DNA of 64,000 bases, from positions 58,780 through 122,779 of the IMG/VR virus record IMGVR_UViG_3300042114_000045; one strand, 5' to 3'. Origin of the DNA: a virus. The notes below the pieces were generated by a model, which saw nothing but the letters and a program-made list of their open reading frames with translations, was not told where the DNA came from and did no database searches. A program made the translations under genes and the position numbers. Of the stretch, positions 1-12,721 are shown piece after piece; position 1 is the stretch's first letter; each line of letters begins with the position of its first letter.

Positions 1-1
1 T

Positions 2-487
2 ATTCATACACCAGTAGTACATATTGATTTAGGTATAACAAACTTTGAGATACACACTAACAAATGGAAACCAGCAGGTACAACATTAGTATGTACAGAA
101 GTATTTGATGGTAAGAAATGGGTTAGAGTATTTACACATAAAGTAAACTACATACCTGATTACGATAAAATGAAAACATTTTGGGCTACTTGTCTAGTAC
201 ATCATCTAGACTCAGACTTAATGGAACATAACCTAGTACACAATTCACAATATTGGGCACTAGATATACACGATGCGATTCTATGCTTACCAGGTCAAGC
301 TAGAATATTCAGAGAATCAGCATCAAGAAGACTTAAATACTATAACACAAATAGAAAACTAATACTTAATAGTTATATGATATCTATTGGTGCAATAACG
401 GATAAGGCTTATAATCAATTGCTAAAACTATTAGCAAGTGTTGTTGAAGCTGAAGACTTAGAATTCAGTAGAAACTGTATGAAATAA
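2..487 (+). CDS. Single-subunit (T7/N4 RNAPII-like) RNA polymerase, C-terminal fragment; 5' end lies outside the window
   Basis: Frame is open from nt 2. LVHHLDS...LDIHDAIL matches the T7-family motifs VHSxD and IHDS/A (catalytic motif C). Confidence 0.7.
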   Translation: MHTPVVHIDLGITNFEIHTNKWKPAGTTLVCTEVFDGKKWVRVFTHKVNYIPDYDKMKTFWATCLVHHLDSDLMEHNLVHNSQYWALDIHDAILCLPGQARIFRESASRRLKYYNTNRKLILNSYMISIGAITDKAYNQLLKLLASVVEAEDLEFSRNCMK

Positions 488-840
488 CGGAGAGGTATAA
501 AAGCCTCTCTAACTTAACTAAAGGATAGCAGATGGCTAACAGATACACAGCAACAGTCAGTACGGAGTACAGAGATACTCATACCAGCTCACCTAGAGTA
601 TGCATTAATAATGTAATGAATCTTGAGACAGGAGAAGTATTCAGAGACGGACATACTTGGATACCATTAACAGATGAAATCAGAGGTATGGTACGAAGTA
701 ACCTAGAGTTTGCTAGAATAACATTTATAGCAGATGTAAGAGAGTATAAAACTAGAGGACCAATTAAGGAATCATTATTCAATGTAAATGGGTTAACTAA
801 AATAGGTAACTCAGTTAGAAAACCAAGAAGAGCGAAGTAA

Positions 841-883
841 TGGCTATACCGTAATGGTATGGCTAACTCTTTTTTTTTTTTTT
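841..883 (+). terminator. Intrinsic terminator
   Basis: Hairpin tggctatacc-gtaat-ggtatggcta followed by a T14 run (870-883), right after ORF 532-840. Confidence 0.65.
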
Positions 884-1331
884 CTATCCTTTTTTTAAAG
901 GAAATATGATATATATTTTTTAAAGGAAATACGATAAAACTGTTGTATTGTTCTACTTAACTGTTTGGATAATACTGAAATTTAAACTACTAAAGGAGTT
1001 AGAAATGATACAAATTATAATAAATGGAGAAACAACACCTATCGGTAAACCATTACCTGAAAAAATAGAAGCATTAACTGTTGTTAATATAGTTAATCAT
1101 CTTCAACCACCGATTATAGTACCAGCTGAACAAGCTATACTGATTGATAAATGGTTAAAAGAGATGATAGGAAAATGTGTATGTGAGTATGCGATGTACA
1201 ACGGAACCTTTGTAACATTAGAAGAAATTAGGGAAACTATTAAGTAGTAATAGTAGTAAACTGTACATACACTACTCTTTTTAAAAATACCTAATTTTTA
1301 CATACGTCAGTATACACCAAAATGAGGTAAT

Positions 1332-1694
1332 ATGGAAATAGTGATAGTTCTTTTTTTCGTTGGTTGTGCCATTGCATTATACAATGAAAGTACTAAGTAT
1401 AGCAAAGAAAAACCTGCACCCAAATTCGATAAAGGACTATATAGAATTGCTAGTATAGATTATAAGATGTATATTATGTCACCAGAATGGTACGCAAAAA
1501 AGATACAAAGATTAGTACTAGACAACTATACCTGTCAACGATGTGGAAGTAAAGAATTCTTAGAGGTTCATCATAAAACCTACGAGAATTTAGGTAAAGA
1601 ACAAATGGAAGATTTAGCTACGGTGTGTAGAACTTGTCATCAAGCAATACACGATAAGTATGGAAGGAAAGGGAATTACTTTCCACTAAACTAA
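1332..1694 (+). CDS. HNH endonuclease with N-terminal membrane anchor
   Basis: CQRCG...LEVHH...ENL...VCRTCHQAIH is an HNH/Zn motif; the first ~17 aa are hydrophobic. Confidence 0.8.
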   Translation: MEIVIVLFFVGCAIALYNESTKYSKEKPAPKFDKGLYRIASIDYKMYIMSPEWYAKKIQRLVLDNYTCQRCGSKEFLEVHHKTYENLGKEQMEDLATVCRTCHQAIHDKYGRKGNYFPLN

Positions 1695-1714
1695 AATAAA
1701 AGGAAAAACAAAAC

Positions 1715-1969
1715 ATGAGAAAAGTATTATTAACAATAGCGGTATTAGCTACGATGGCTCAAGCTGGATGGATTACATCAGTGCAATCATACAATGATCC
1801 AGAGGTAAAAACAAAAAAGAACTCTTTAGATACTTATGGTCAAAACCCAAGAATGTATCAATTCGATACTGATTTTATGCATTGTGTTATTGTGTACACA
1901 GAACAAGACTTAGGAGAAAAAAACGCTAAATCAACTGCTCCAGTTATGCAATGTATTACTAAAAAATAA
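1715..1969 (+). CDS. Small secreted protein
   Basis: Signal peptide MRKVLLTIAVLATMAQA; SD aagga upstream. Confidence 0.6.
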   Translation: MRKVLLTIAVLATMAQAGWITSVQSYNDPEVKTKKNSLDTYGQNPRMYQFDTDFMHCVIVYTEQDLGEKNAKSTAPVMQCITKK

Positions 1970-1978
1970 GGAAAAATA

Positions 1979-2974
1979 ATGACATCATTTAGTGAAATAA
2001 GAAGTAGATGTAGTGATTTTGATCAGCTAAACGACTATATGAGAGAGCTAGATTTACTAGATTACTTTTCAGCAGAAGACTTATTTACACACTTTGTTTA
2101 TACAGGTATTACTGAACCTGATGCATCATGCAGAACTATGTTATCTGATATATATTATAGTTTACCAGATGATGCTGAAGAACAATATCTAATACAAGGT
2201 TATCAATCTGCTATAAATAAATTTAGAACTTTCGATGCAATGTGGGATACAATACTTGGATTAGATTTAAGTAATTTTGACTATGATGGTATTTCATATA
2301 TATCAATATACTTTGAATTTGCAAATAGTGTAAAACTTGAAGCACCATTCCCTGATATGAAACGTCTATTTTTAGAGCATATTAAAAAAGAGTATGGTAT
2401 TGAATTAGAAGAGGAGAACAATGTGATTAACAGTCAAACAGGAAGATACGAAGTAGGTACACCAAAATTAGCTAGCGGTGGAATAATAGTAAATAACAAC
2501 GGGAGAAAAACGATGAAACAAACGATTATGGGATTAGGGGAACAAAATAAAGACAACGCACTTGCAGTAGCAAGAGTAACTGCTGGTAAAGCACTAAACA
2601 AAAAGTTAGTAAAACTTATTAAACCAAAACTACCATTTCCTATTAACGGTCTTGCAGACTCTGGATTTGCTCCAGTTATTATTGCTAACGCAGTTGCATT
2701 TGCAATTAAACAATACACAACAAATGAAAGAGCAAACACTATAGCCGACTTAATGCTAGAAGCAGCAGCGTTTCAATTAGCAGGTTCATTCAATCTTGAT
2801 GATATGCTTGAAGATTTGATTGATGGTATTGCATTACCAGGTGCTGTAGCTACGGTAGATTTGAATGCTATGTCTGTTACCGACTTAAAAACATTAGCTA
2901 AAACTAACAATATTGATATTGCTGGTTTAACTTCTAAAGCAGAAATTAGAGACGCTGTTAAAGCAGCTATCTAG
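1979..2974 (+). CDS. Hypothetical protein with C-terminal Rho-N/HeH-like nucleic-acid-binding module
   Basis: C-terminal LNAMSVTDLKTLAKTNNI..AGLTSKAEI fits the Rho_N pattern; a possible second start at MKQTIMG has a gggag SD. Confidence 0.5.
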   Translation: MTSFSEIRSRCSDFDQLNDYMRELDLLDYFSAEDLFTHFVYTGITEPDASCRTMLSDIYYSLPDDAEEQYLIQGYQSAINKFRTFDAMWDTILGLDLSNFDYDGISYISIYFEFANSVKLEAPFPDMKRLFLEHIKKEYGIELEEENNVINSQTGRYEVGTPKLASGGIIVNNNGRKTMKQTIMGLGEQNKDNALAVARVTAGKALNKKLVKLIKPKLPFPINGLADSGFAPVIIANAVAFAIKQYTTNERANTIADLMLEAAAFQLAGSFNLDDMLEDLIDGIALPGAVATVDLNAMSVTDLKTLAKTNNIDIAGLTSKAEIRDAVKAAI

Positions 2975-3260
2975 TACAAACGAATAGGTGAACAATAGTT
3001 CAACAAAATAATCATGATGAAGATAAGGATTGTAAAATGATAACAATGAACAGAATTAGCACAGCTAAAAAATCAAAGAATGGTACACCAGTTACCTCAA
3101 GACTTGGACAAACTACTTACACTAAAACTGTAGTAGGTGGAAATGGTATGTACGTATTTGTATACGGAGAAGGTAAAAAGAAAAAATCTGAAACTAGACA
3201 TATGTCTGAGTCTCAAGCTAATACTTATAAAGCACAACTAGAAAAAGCAGGGTACTAGTC

Positions 3261-3821
3261 ATGGATATTATACTAGCATTTATTGCAGGTGCAGTGTGGT
3301 ATGAGTTACTATTCCTGGTAGTTCTAGGGATAGTGTTTATAGTATCAATAGCTGAAGAAAGTTCTTTCTGGTTAATTGTAGTAACGGCTCTGTACCTACT
3401 GATATTTGGACATCCACTTGAACTGCTAGAACAATACTGGTATTATGTACCTATGTATATCGTATTAGGATTACTATGGTCTGTGTTTAAACATTCTGTT
3501 GTAGCAAAAGAGATAACAGTAAGTGCGTTTAAAAGATTCTATACAGATAAAATTATACCAGAAGAAGGTACACATCAGTATAACAAAAACAAAGAATATC
3601 TTAGTAGGGAAATTAAGGATAAGCTTGAGTATAGATCAAGTGTTGATGCAAAACTATATTGGGTACTATTATTCCCAATATCTGTAACAGGTTACTTATT
3701 TGGAGATATGCTTAAAAATATTATCAACAAACTAGGCGTAGTTTATACCAGTATTACTAATAAGATTATTCAATCTCAATTTGATACGATATATCCAACG
3801 AAACAAAAAACAACAGTTTAA
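3261..3821 (+). CDS. Membrane protein
   Basis: Several hydrophobic segments. Confidence 0.6.
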   Translation: MDIILAFIAGAVWYELLFLVVLGIVFIVSIAEESSFWLIVVTALYLLIFGHPLELLEQYWYYVPMYIVLGLLWSVFKHSVVAKEITVSAFKRFYTDKIIPEEGTHQYNKNKEYLSREIKDKLEYRSSVDAKLYWVLLFPISVTGYLFGDMLKNIINKLGVVYTSITNKIIQSQFDTIYPTKQKTTV

Positions 3822-4145
3822 AAACTACGGTTGTGGTATGCATACTCCTACTGATTAACTAGACTTGAAGATAAGTCTGACCGGTACCGATCCTATTAAG
3901 TTAGGTTTAATCAATGGCTCCTCAGCATTCTCTGAGGACTAGTATATGATACTGCTATACAACCTCTGGAAGCGGAGGATCTTGGAGAGACTGGGATACT
4001 GGTTGATGTTCGATTCGTCGTATAGTAGTACAATGTACTATCTTTAACTGCTCTGGAATTGATCACTGGAGTGTCATGGAGACTTATGAACGTTAAATAC
4101 GTCATTGTTTATATACCGATGAAAGCTAAATCGGTATATCTTTTA

Positions 4146-4215
4146 TGTACATTTAGCTCAGTTGGTAGAGCGTCTCGCGAGGTGTCGTTGGTTCGAGTCC
4201 AACAATGTACAACCA
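4146..4215 (+). ncRNA. tRNA-like RNA lacking an anticodon loop
   Basis: Acceptor gtacatt/aatgtac, D-arm gctc-agttggta-gagc, T-arm gttgg-ttcgagt-ccaac, 3' CCA. The anticodon arm is reduced to tctc-gc-gagg. Confidence 0.65.
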
Positions 4216-4461
4216 ACATAGGTTTATATATGCAAAGTCCCGTATGAGCTCTGGCAAAAGTATGAGTAGCTTATGATACTTCGGGTTCGCTGTAAATTCT
4301 AGATCGTCTAAAGAAACACAGTAGCATCCGTACGCTCTGGATGTGAAGCAGTGCTACAGTGCTTAATCTGTAGAAGACATCTCTATATTTTGTAATTGAA
4401 TAGATGAATAGGTGTGATGGTAACGAGCACCTGTAAAATAAATATCGTGCCACCTTATATA

Positions 4462-4586
4462 TGATGGTCTGGCGAAATTGGGAAACGCTTGGGTATAGAT
4501 ACTCATTCTGTAGGTTCGACTCCTACTAGGAATTAATTACTCCGAATATGGTAAGTTTTCAGGTTCAACTCCTGAGTCCATCATCA
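4462..4586 (+). ncRNA. Degenerate tRNA-like RNA with two T-arms
   Basis: tgatgg/ccatca ends, D-arm gcg..cgc, T-arms gtagg-ttcgact-cctac and tcagg-ttcaact-cctga. Confidence 0.45.
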
Positions 4587-4593
4587 TTTTTAT

Positions 4594-4671
4594 ATAGCTA
4601 TAGTTTAACTGGGTAAAACCGTCGACATTATGGAGGCAAGATATAGGTTCAAATCCTATTAGTTATGTCCA
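4594..4671 (+). pseudogene. Pseudo-tRNA
   Basis: Acceptor atagcta/tagttat, T-arm atagg-ttcaaat-cctat, 3' CCA; the anticodon stem does not pair. Confidence 0.45.
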
Positions 4672-4793
4672 GAAGATAGAAAGATGCATTAGGTTGTGTA
4701 GAGTCTGCGGAAGCCAGAGTGTCTGGTAGTCGAATGCATAGGCTGACTCATTGGATTAATTCCAGGCAAGTTCGATTCTTGTCATCTTCACCA
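4672..4793 (+). ncRNA. tRNA-like RNA (acceptor + T-arm only)
   Basis: gaagat/atcttc + ACCA, T-arm gcaag-ttcgatt-cttgt, non-canonical interior. Confidence 0.4.
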
Positions 4794-4799
4794 ATATAC

Positions 4800-4885
4800 G
4801 CAAGGATATAGTCACTGACACATATTGAAAACATAGGGCGTACAGCTACGTTCCAGAGTAAGTTTGAATCTTACACCTTGCTCCA
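4800..4885 (+). ncRNA. tRNA-like RNA (acceptor + T-arm only)
   Basis: gcaagg/ccttgc + TCCA, T-arm gtaag-tttgaat-cttac. Confidence 0.4.
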
Positions 4886-4907
4886 AATCTAACTTAAAGG
4901 AATATAA

Positions 4908-5144
4908 ATGAAGTATCTACTTATACTAGCTATTATACTAATCCTATCTGGTTGCACAGAAAAAAAGATAGTGCATGTAGACCCAACAACAATAAAGTAC
5001 CCTCAAATGCCAGAGTTAAAGATTGTATGTGATAAACGTGGATACGCTTACTACAAACAATATGTATATACTGAAACATATATATATACTCCGATACTTA
5101 GGAACTATGATTCAACATATCAATTACTATGCAAAGATCTATAA
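4908..5144 (+). CDS. Small lipoprotein
   Basis: Lipobox LSGC after a hydrophobic stretch. Confidence 0.7.
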   Translation: MKYLLILAIILILSGCTEKKIVHVDPTTIKYPQMPELKIVCDKRGYAYYKQYVYTETYIYTPILRNYDSTYQLLCKDL

Positions 5145-6120
5145 TGACACCTTGCTCCAATGTCTTTGTAGTATATCGTAATTATACCTATTTTGTCTCA
5201 TAAACGAAATAGAGAACTTGGTACGTAAGCCAAGCAAAGGCTTATCAAACGTTTAGATCGTAATGGTATACCATCTTTAAACACCTTTAGTGAGTAGGTT
5301 AACTCACTTGCAAATTTAACATAAGGAAATAAAATGAACTTTACAATTGAATCATTGAAAAAATGTAAAACTATTAAAGATTGGAATAGTGTATGTGATG
5401 CTGTTAAAGCAGTAAACAACGGCAAATATCCTGAATGGTGGTACGATGAAGTAGTAACTACTGGTCTTGCTAAAGAGATGGGTTTATACTTCGAGTATGG
5501 TGATGCATTCAAACCAACTTGGATGGAAGAATTTGAACGAGGTATAGAAATTGTATCTGGTGGTGAAGCTGGTAGTTTACTACTAGCAGCGGTAGAAGCT
5601 GCAGCTGCTGGAGAGACTATTATCTTGAACGATGACTTTAGTTATCCAATTCAAAATAACAGATTATCAAGAAGAAATATGGTGAAAATGTCGTTAGCCG
5701 TTGCAGCTAGTGATTATTTACCAAGTTCATTTGCTGCGCACTATAAAAATCCTCTAACTGGTAGAGTATTTGGTGAAGTTGATAGAACTGTATCTCAAGA
5801 ACAACAAGCTATTAAAATAGCTAAAGCTGAAGCTAAAAGGCTAAGAAAACAAAAGGTTAAATAGTGAAAACTGTAACTTCTACAACATTTATTTCAAATG
5901 ATGATAAAGAATTTAAAACAAAAGAAGAATGTTTAACTTGGGAATCATTACCTCGTGTATACATTATAGTTAAAACAGATAGTTATAATGATGAAATTAT
6001 TGACGTGTATACTGATTACAAAGTTGCATATGAACGACGTAAAACTTTAAGTTTACAAAATATTATGTCAAGTTGTTCATATATACTGGTTATAAAACAA
6101 CTAAAATAAAAGGTTAGATA

Positions 6121-6710
6121 ATGGAACAAAAAAGAGAAAATTTATCACTAATAGCTGAAAACCAAAGATTAAAAATTGAATTACAGGATAATGATGTAAA
6201 ATATCTAAATCTACAAAGGGTGTTTGTTGCACTAATAGTGACGTTATACATAACTATTACTATAGCCGCTGTAGCCATTATTACATCTAATAAGCAAGAA
6301 GTAGAACTTAAATCTCAAACCGAATCAATACTATATCTTACTTCAGAGCTGATTGTAACAAAACAAACATTAGCTGAAATAGATTCTGATTCAAGAATGA
6401 TACAGGAGCTACAACGAGTGGGAAAGCCAATAGGGCAATAGTACTTGCTATAGCCTTTTCTGAATCATCATTTAACTATGATGTTAAACACCCTACTTCT
6501 GATTTATCGGGTATTGGTGGTATGAAAAAAATTAACAAGGTTAAACATCCAAATTCATTAATGGGTATTGAAGAATATTGGTTAGAGTGTTTAAGATTAA
6601 AAAATGGTGATTTTCATAAAGCATTAAAACATTACAAAGGTAGTGTTAAAAATCTTAAATCGTACTATATAACATTAAGGCTGTATAACAGAATAAAGGA
6701 CATTAAATGA
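6121..6710 (+). CDS. Membrane-anchored lytic transglycosylase (SLT-like), made by -1 frameshift joining ORFs 6121-6441 and 6522-6710
   Basis: Slippery G_GGA_AAG at 6420-6426. The -1 frame is open and reads GKANRAIVLAIAFSESSFNYDVKH...GIGGMK into ORF 6522, carrying the SLT catalytic ES motif. Confidence 0.7.
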
Positions 6711-9700
6711 GTGTTAAGGTAAGAAGTATAATACTAGTACAACTAACATTAGATGAACTACGTCAAGTTGTTGGATCACTACAGCCTAGTTATAAAGAAG
6801 TAAAAAGTCTTGAGCACTACGGAGCCTTATGGGGCGGAATGGGTGGAGAGACTTGGAGATGGAATGATAACTTCAGTACAGCCAATAGAGATGAACTAAT
6901 GGATATCAATAATAAGATAAATGATTTTTATAAATAAAGGATACTAATGTTAGTAGCAGATTGTACTTTTTATAATCATTATGTAAAAATAGGTAATGAT
7001 GATATATGTATTCAACTAGATGAAAAACTATCAGAAGAACAACTACTGAAGTATATAACAAAATGTCTAGTAGGTTTCGATATAGATAAACAAAATAAGG
7101 AACTACTATTTTATAGAGGTACTAATAGATCAGGAATTATGGCATTCTGGTTTTCATTTCCAGCACAAGAAACTACATTAACGATGGATTCAAATAACAA
7201 TGAGTTATCGAATGAGTTCTATAGGATATATAACCTATGGAAAGCACAACAACAATAAGGAATGGCTATGTTTAGAAACGCAAAAAAAGGCGACAAAGTA
7301 TGGAGTATAAAATTCGGATGGGGAACTATCGCACAAATAATCAAACCTTCTGAGTGCCCAATAGGAGTAGACTTTAAAGACTCTTGTAGACTATGGTACT
7401 GCACAGACGGTAGGTACTCACAAGATGATATTTTACCATCTATATTCTGGAATGAATTTACAATACCAGATGAAGCATTTAAAAAACCATTACCTAATAT
7501 TGAAGTGGATACAAAAGTATTAGTCTGGTATGTAAATAATGGTTCTATATCAAATAAACAACGTATGCATTTTAGTGGATTTACAGAAGATGGTAAAATA
7601 ATGGTATATCAAGATGGTAGAACGTCGTTCTCATCGGCAAAATGGTTACCATCTGGTAAACCTTGCCTACAAACATTTGATGACTACGAAATATATAAGG
7701 AAGAATAGATGAAAAGTTTATTAGACCCTATAGCAATTTTTTTCACTTTAACACTTTTTATAATGGTATTATTTTACTTGGGTGTAGTAGTTGTGTTAGG
7801 AGTTATATCGTTTTTACGGTTTGATCTAATTCCATTTGATTTATTCCAAGAAAACTTTTGGGAAGCAATACGCGGTATAGCTGTTATATTAGCAGTACTA
7901 GCAATATGTGTTATGGATGATGAAAAATGACAGTAAATACATCAATAGCAATTAAAATACTTGAAGCATCACGTTGTTTATCAGATGAAGGAAACTATCA
8001 AACTACATTAACAGATGCTATTCAAGAAGTACAAGCTTTATATCTAGCTAGAGATTACCTTGAAGCTCAGCTTGAAGCCTTAAAAATATTTACACATAAA
8101 CCTGAAACCAAAGTATTGAGAATAACATCTACTAGTGTTGAGACTGCACAACTAAACGGGAGCTCTGATGAAAATCAAATATAAAAATAAGCATTATTGT
8201 ATTAGCCCTTGTGCTAAAGATAAATTTGAAACCTATATACTAGAACCAGTAACGGCAATTATTTTTGTTGAGTCAATAATTACTGTTTTATACATAGCAC
8301 TGTCTATACTTGGATTCTTCGTTGAAGGCGTACTAGTTACTTTCTTTCACGAAAGAGCAGGTATAGAAACAGGTATATGGTTTGTGTTTGGTCTAGGTTT
8401 AGTAGTAGCAATACTACTAACAGTTGGAATAATACTGATGATAAAAGATTGGTTTAAAAGATTATATCAGTATGTTCAATATAGAGTATCCGCAGAGTAT
8501 ACTAAAAGATACAAACCAGAGTGTAAATTATTTATCGAATGTAAAGAATAATTATGGAAGCCCACGTAGATAATAGAAGATTAGTATTTACAAATCTTAA
8601 CATATTGCATGCTGAGTTACTTGATGTGCATCAGCATATCATTTTTACAGCTGCACAAGAAGTAAAAAATCATTCTAAAAAGTTTAATAGTGATTTGATT
8701 GCAATTGGATTTCCATCATTTGTTTTAATGATTACTGATAATATAGTAGCTTATTCAATACATCACTTTAAAAAAATTTGTGAAAATCAAACATGTGTGC
8801 TCATTAGCCATACTGATTTCTTTAAAGATATGTCTATTAAAAAAGTAGACTATGAAAGAAGGTTAAATGCGTATAGGCGTAAGTACTATAAAAAATAAGG
8901 AATATCTATGGCTGAAATACTAGAGCAAAATGCTATAGATAAGCTACTGAAGTTAAATGAAGAACTTGAAGCGAAGAAAGCTATAGCGGATAGTGCAAAA
9001 GAAAAAATTAGGGAAATGTATATAGACACTTGTGGATATAGGTGTTTTGAAGATATGGATACACTAGTCTCGATAGGTTCAGTTATAAAAGACATAGCTG
9101 AACTAATACATAGAGATAGTATATATTTTCCTAGCTTTATGATGTTAAAACAATCATACGAAAATAAAATATTAAAGGTTTAAAATGGATATGTATGTAC
9201 AGACATGTAGTGTATGCGGAAAAGATTATGATATTGAATTTGGCGGATGTGATTGTAAAAGCAAAAAAGAAAGAACAGTGTATCAGTTAATTATTAAAGA
9301 GAGAGATGACTACTTCTACTATCATAATACTTTAATTTGTAAGATATTAAGCATTGACGAAAGTGACACAAAAACTACGGAACACATAACTATAGTCAAC
9401 GGAACAGAAACTAGAAGAACTACCTTAACAGAAACTATGGTTAACGGTAAGTACACTAGCATACCAAATAGTGATGGAGTATTTGATTCATTAGAATCAT
9501 TAAAAGAACATTTAGAAAAAGAGTATACATTAGTACATACTGATAAGTATCATCATTATTTTTTAGATACACACGAAGGTATGGATACAGTATTTGTAAT
9601 AACAAACATAAAAGGTCAAACAGGAATTGGTATTTGTTCTGATCATATCAATCTACAAGATTTACTAGGTTTAGATGAAAATGGACAGAAACAAGAAACA

Positions 9701-12700
9701 CTATAAAGGTAATTTATGTCAACACAAGAAGAAATCTTAATTAAGCAACAATCAGAATGTATGGCTAAGCAAGCAATGCAAATTGAAGTTCTAACCGAAT
9801 TACTTGAAGGTGCAACAAGAAGAGCCAGTATGAACCTTGACAGTTCTCGAAAATGGAAAGAGAAGTATGAACAGCTAGAAGCAAAAGTAAAATACTGTAA
9901 GGAACAGCTATGACTATATTGTTTACAAGTACTGCACAACCAGTTGGTGACTTTCAAGTTGAAAAATTCTATGAAGAAAATAAAAACAAAAGAGTTATTA
10001 GAATTCAGAATGAACTAGTACTACACAGGTTTAGGTTAGGTGTAGTTCAGAAAGAGATACAGCCATTCAAACTGGTAACTCAGTACGAAAACGGTAAAAT
10101 TTTCATGTGTGAAAGATGTGATAGTAATGGCAACTTTTGTAAATCTTGGGCTTTTAAACCGTTTGATAAAATGATGGACATTATAATGGAATTAATGTAA
10201 CTGAGTTTCTCAGAATATGCAAAGAATAAAACTTAAGGAAATAAAATGAAAAAAATGTTAATAAGATTTACTGCAAATTGGGCAGATGAAATGGATGTTG
10301 AAGGGTTATTCCTTATAACACAAGAAGATTGGGAAGCTTTCAAAAAAATGGCTAAAGATCATTTTGAAAAAAGTAGTGAGGTAATTTACTCAGTAGGTTC
10401 AAATCAAGATATTGAGTTCGATTCGTATGAAGACTTGATGGACAGCTACGAAATCATCTCAGCAGATATTACTGCAGATGGTATTGGCATCTTAAATGTT
10501 GTAAATTTTCTACCGATCGGTTATACTGGTCCAGAAGACTATAACTTCGAATCAGAGGATGAGGATGAAGAAGAAGAAGATGAGGATGACAACTAAATGA
10601 ACTTTATATCATTTAAAGGTATAACTCACAGCAGTAACTACATTATCGCTTTATTACTAGCCGTAGCTACTATATTAGGTGTTATTACCGCAATACCGGT
10701 TTGCTACGCATTTATGGTATGGGAGCCAGTTAGTTTCATTTCATTACGAGGCTTTATACTATCTATCATTATAATATTAATAGCTGGTGCAATACACAAT
10801 AGGTCAGATGAAAAAAACTAAAGTAAAGATGAGCTTAGTAGCTGCAGTTGCACTTATAGGTATGGTATATTCTCCTTACAGTGTATCAACAACGAATGTA
10901 AAACAAACATTAAAGGATTTAAAAAATGAAATTTACAAATAAAAAAGTAGTCGGTATGAGCGATTTTAATGACTTAGTAAGAACTACTTACGGAAAACCT
11001 TATCACATTCAACAACAAGATGGTTGTAAGCCTAGGAGAATGGAATACTTCTCTGTACCTGTAGAATATCCAGAAGATTACGAAAATGATACAGTACCAG
11101 AAATAGTAAATCATTCAGAAATGGGAGTATCATTCAAAGCTTGGCTTGAAAGAGATCCGAAACAAAAATTACCAAATCGTGAAGATGATTTTGGTTTACA
11201 TTTATGGTGGGAAAGAAACTTCTACCCTACTTTAGATATGGTAATACAAGATCTACACAGTAAAGGTTTGATAGAACCTGGTGAATACGCAATCGATATT
11301 GATTGGTAGCATAACAACAAAATAAAGGTAAAAATATGACAATAGAAGAAATTAAAGACCACGAAAAAAGATGTAAAAGTCTTGGTATAAAATCAGCATT
11401 ACAAGAAATCGAAGATAAAAAAATAGATACTGGTGTAGGTCAAATGAAAGTTAATCTTCCAGATTCAATTGCAAAATTTGAAACAGGTAATGGAGAAGGA
11501 ATTTGGGCTAAACCATATACTGAAAATGATGCTAAAATCTACAATGCAGGTACTTTAAATCTTCCATTTGAAGTAGTATTATTAAATCATGCTATTTCAT
11601 ACCCATTTCCATGGGGTTCAGTAGTAACTGTTAGAAACATTACAAAAGATGGTAGACCAGTACTAGATAAAGAATGGATAAGTAATATCATTTCTACAGC
11701 TACTGATGGTCAACAAACACTAGAAAAAATACTAGGGGAATAAGTATGGAAAAAGTAACGTGTCATATGTGTGGTAAAGTACAACGGAAAGTACTTATAA
11801 AAACAGATAGTGGTTCGTTATTTGGTACTATGGATCAATACCATATGACTTGTAAAAAATGTAACAAAACAGTACTATCTTTCTCATTACCAAAACAAAA
11901 AGGATAACTATGACACCATTACTACACCAAATGTGGAAAGATTTATACAATATTAGATTTAATGTTCTTATCAGAACTAATGAAAATGTCAACTCAAGAA
12001 GAGCAAAAAGATGCAACTAACTCAAACTTAGTAGCTATTATGATAGACAAAAATAGTAAATACATAGGATATTTTTACGCTAACACTGATGCTGAAGTAA
12101 AAGAAATTGCTGCTAAACCAGAAAATGAAGGTAACAAAATCTGTGTATTCGAATACAAAACAACTTTCTCTCAAAAACCAAGAAGAGTAATTGAAGTAGG
12201 AAGAGACTAAAGATAGGCTATTTGCCTATCTAAACTAACATAAGGAAAACAAAAATGAAATTAAGAACATTTACCGACCTAAGAGGTCAAGACGTAGTTT
12301 TAACTAGCACAACTAACCCAAGATTCAAATATCTTGAAGAACAACCAATGAAAATATGGTATAGAGGTGAAGTAGTAGAAGCTCTTTTAAGAGGATTATC
12401 AAACTTTCATACATCGTATGTTAAATCTATGGTAATAAGAAATGGATTACTTGAAGTAACTACAAGAAATAGTGTGTATATATTCGAGTTCAACGATAAA
12501 GACTTATGGGAAGACTCAGAAGTTATTACAGAAAATAGAGAAGAATTAGAAAAAGAAATTGTAGAAACTGAAACAAAATTCGTAACAAGAAGTCAAGGAA
12601 CATTTAGCAAAAAGTACAACAATAATGATGCTAGCTGTAGTGCACCAGCATTTACGGCAGGTGGATATTCATTTGAAGATAACTCTGGGTATGATTCAGG

Positions 12701-12721
12701 ATCTAGTAGTGGAGGAGAGTA

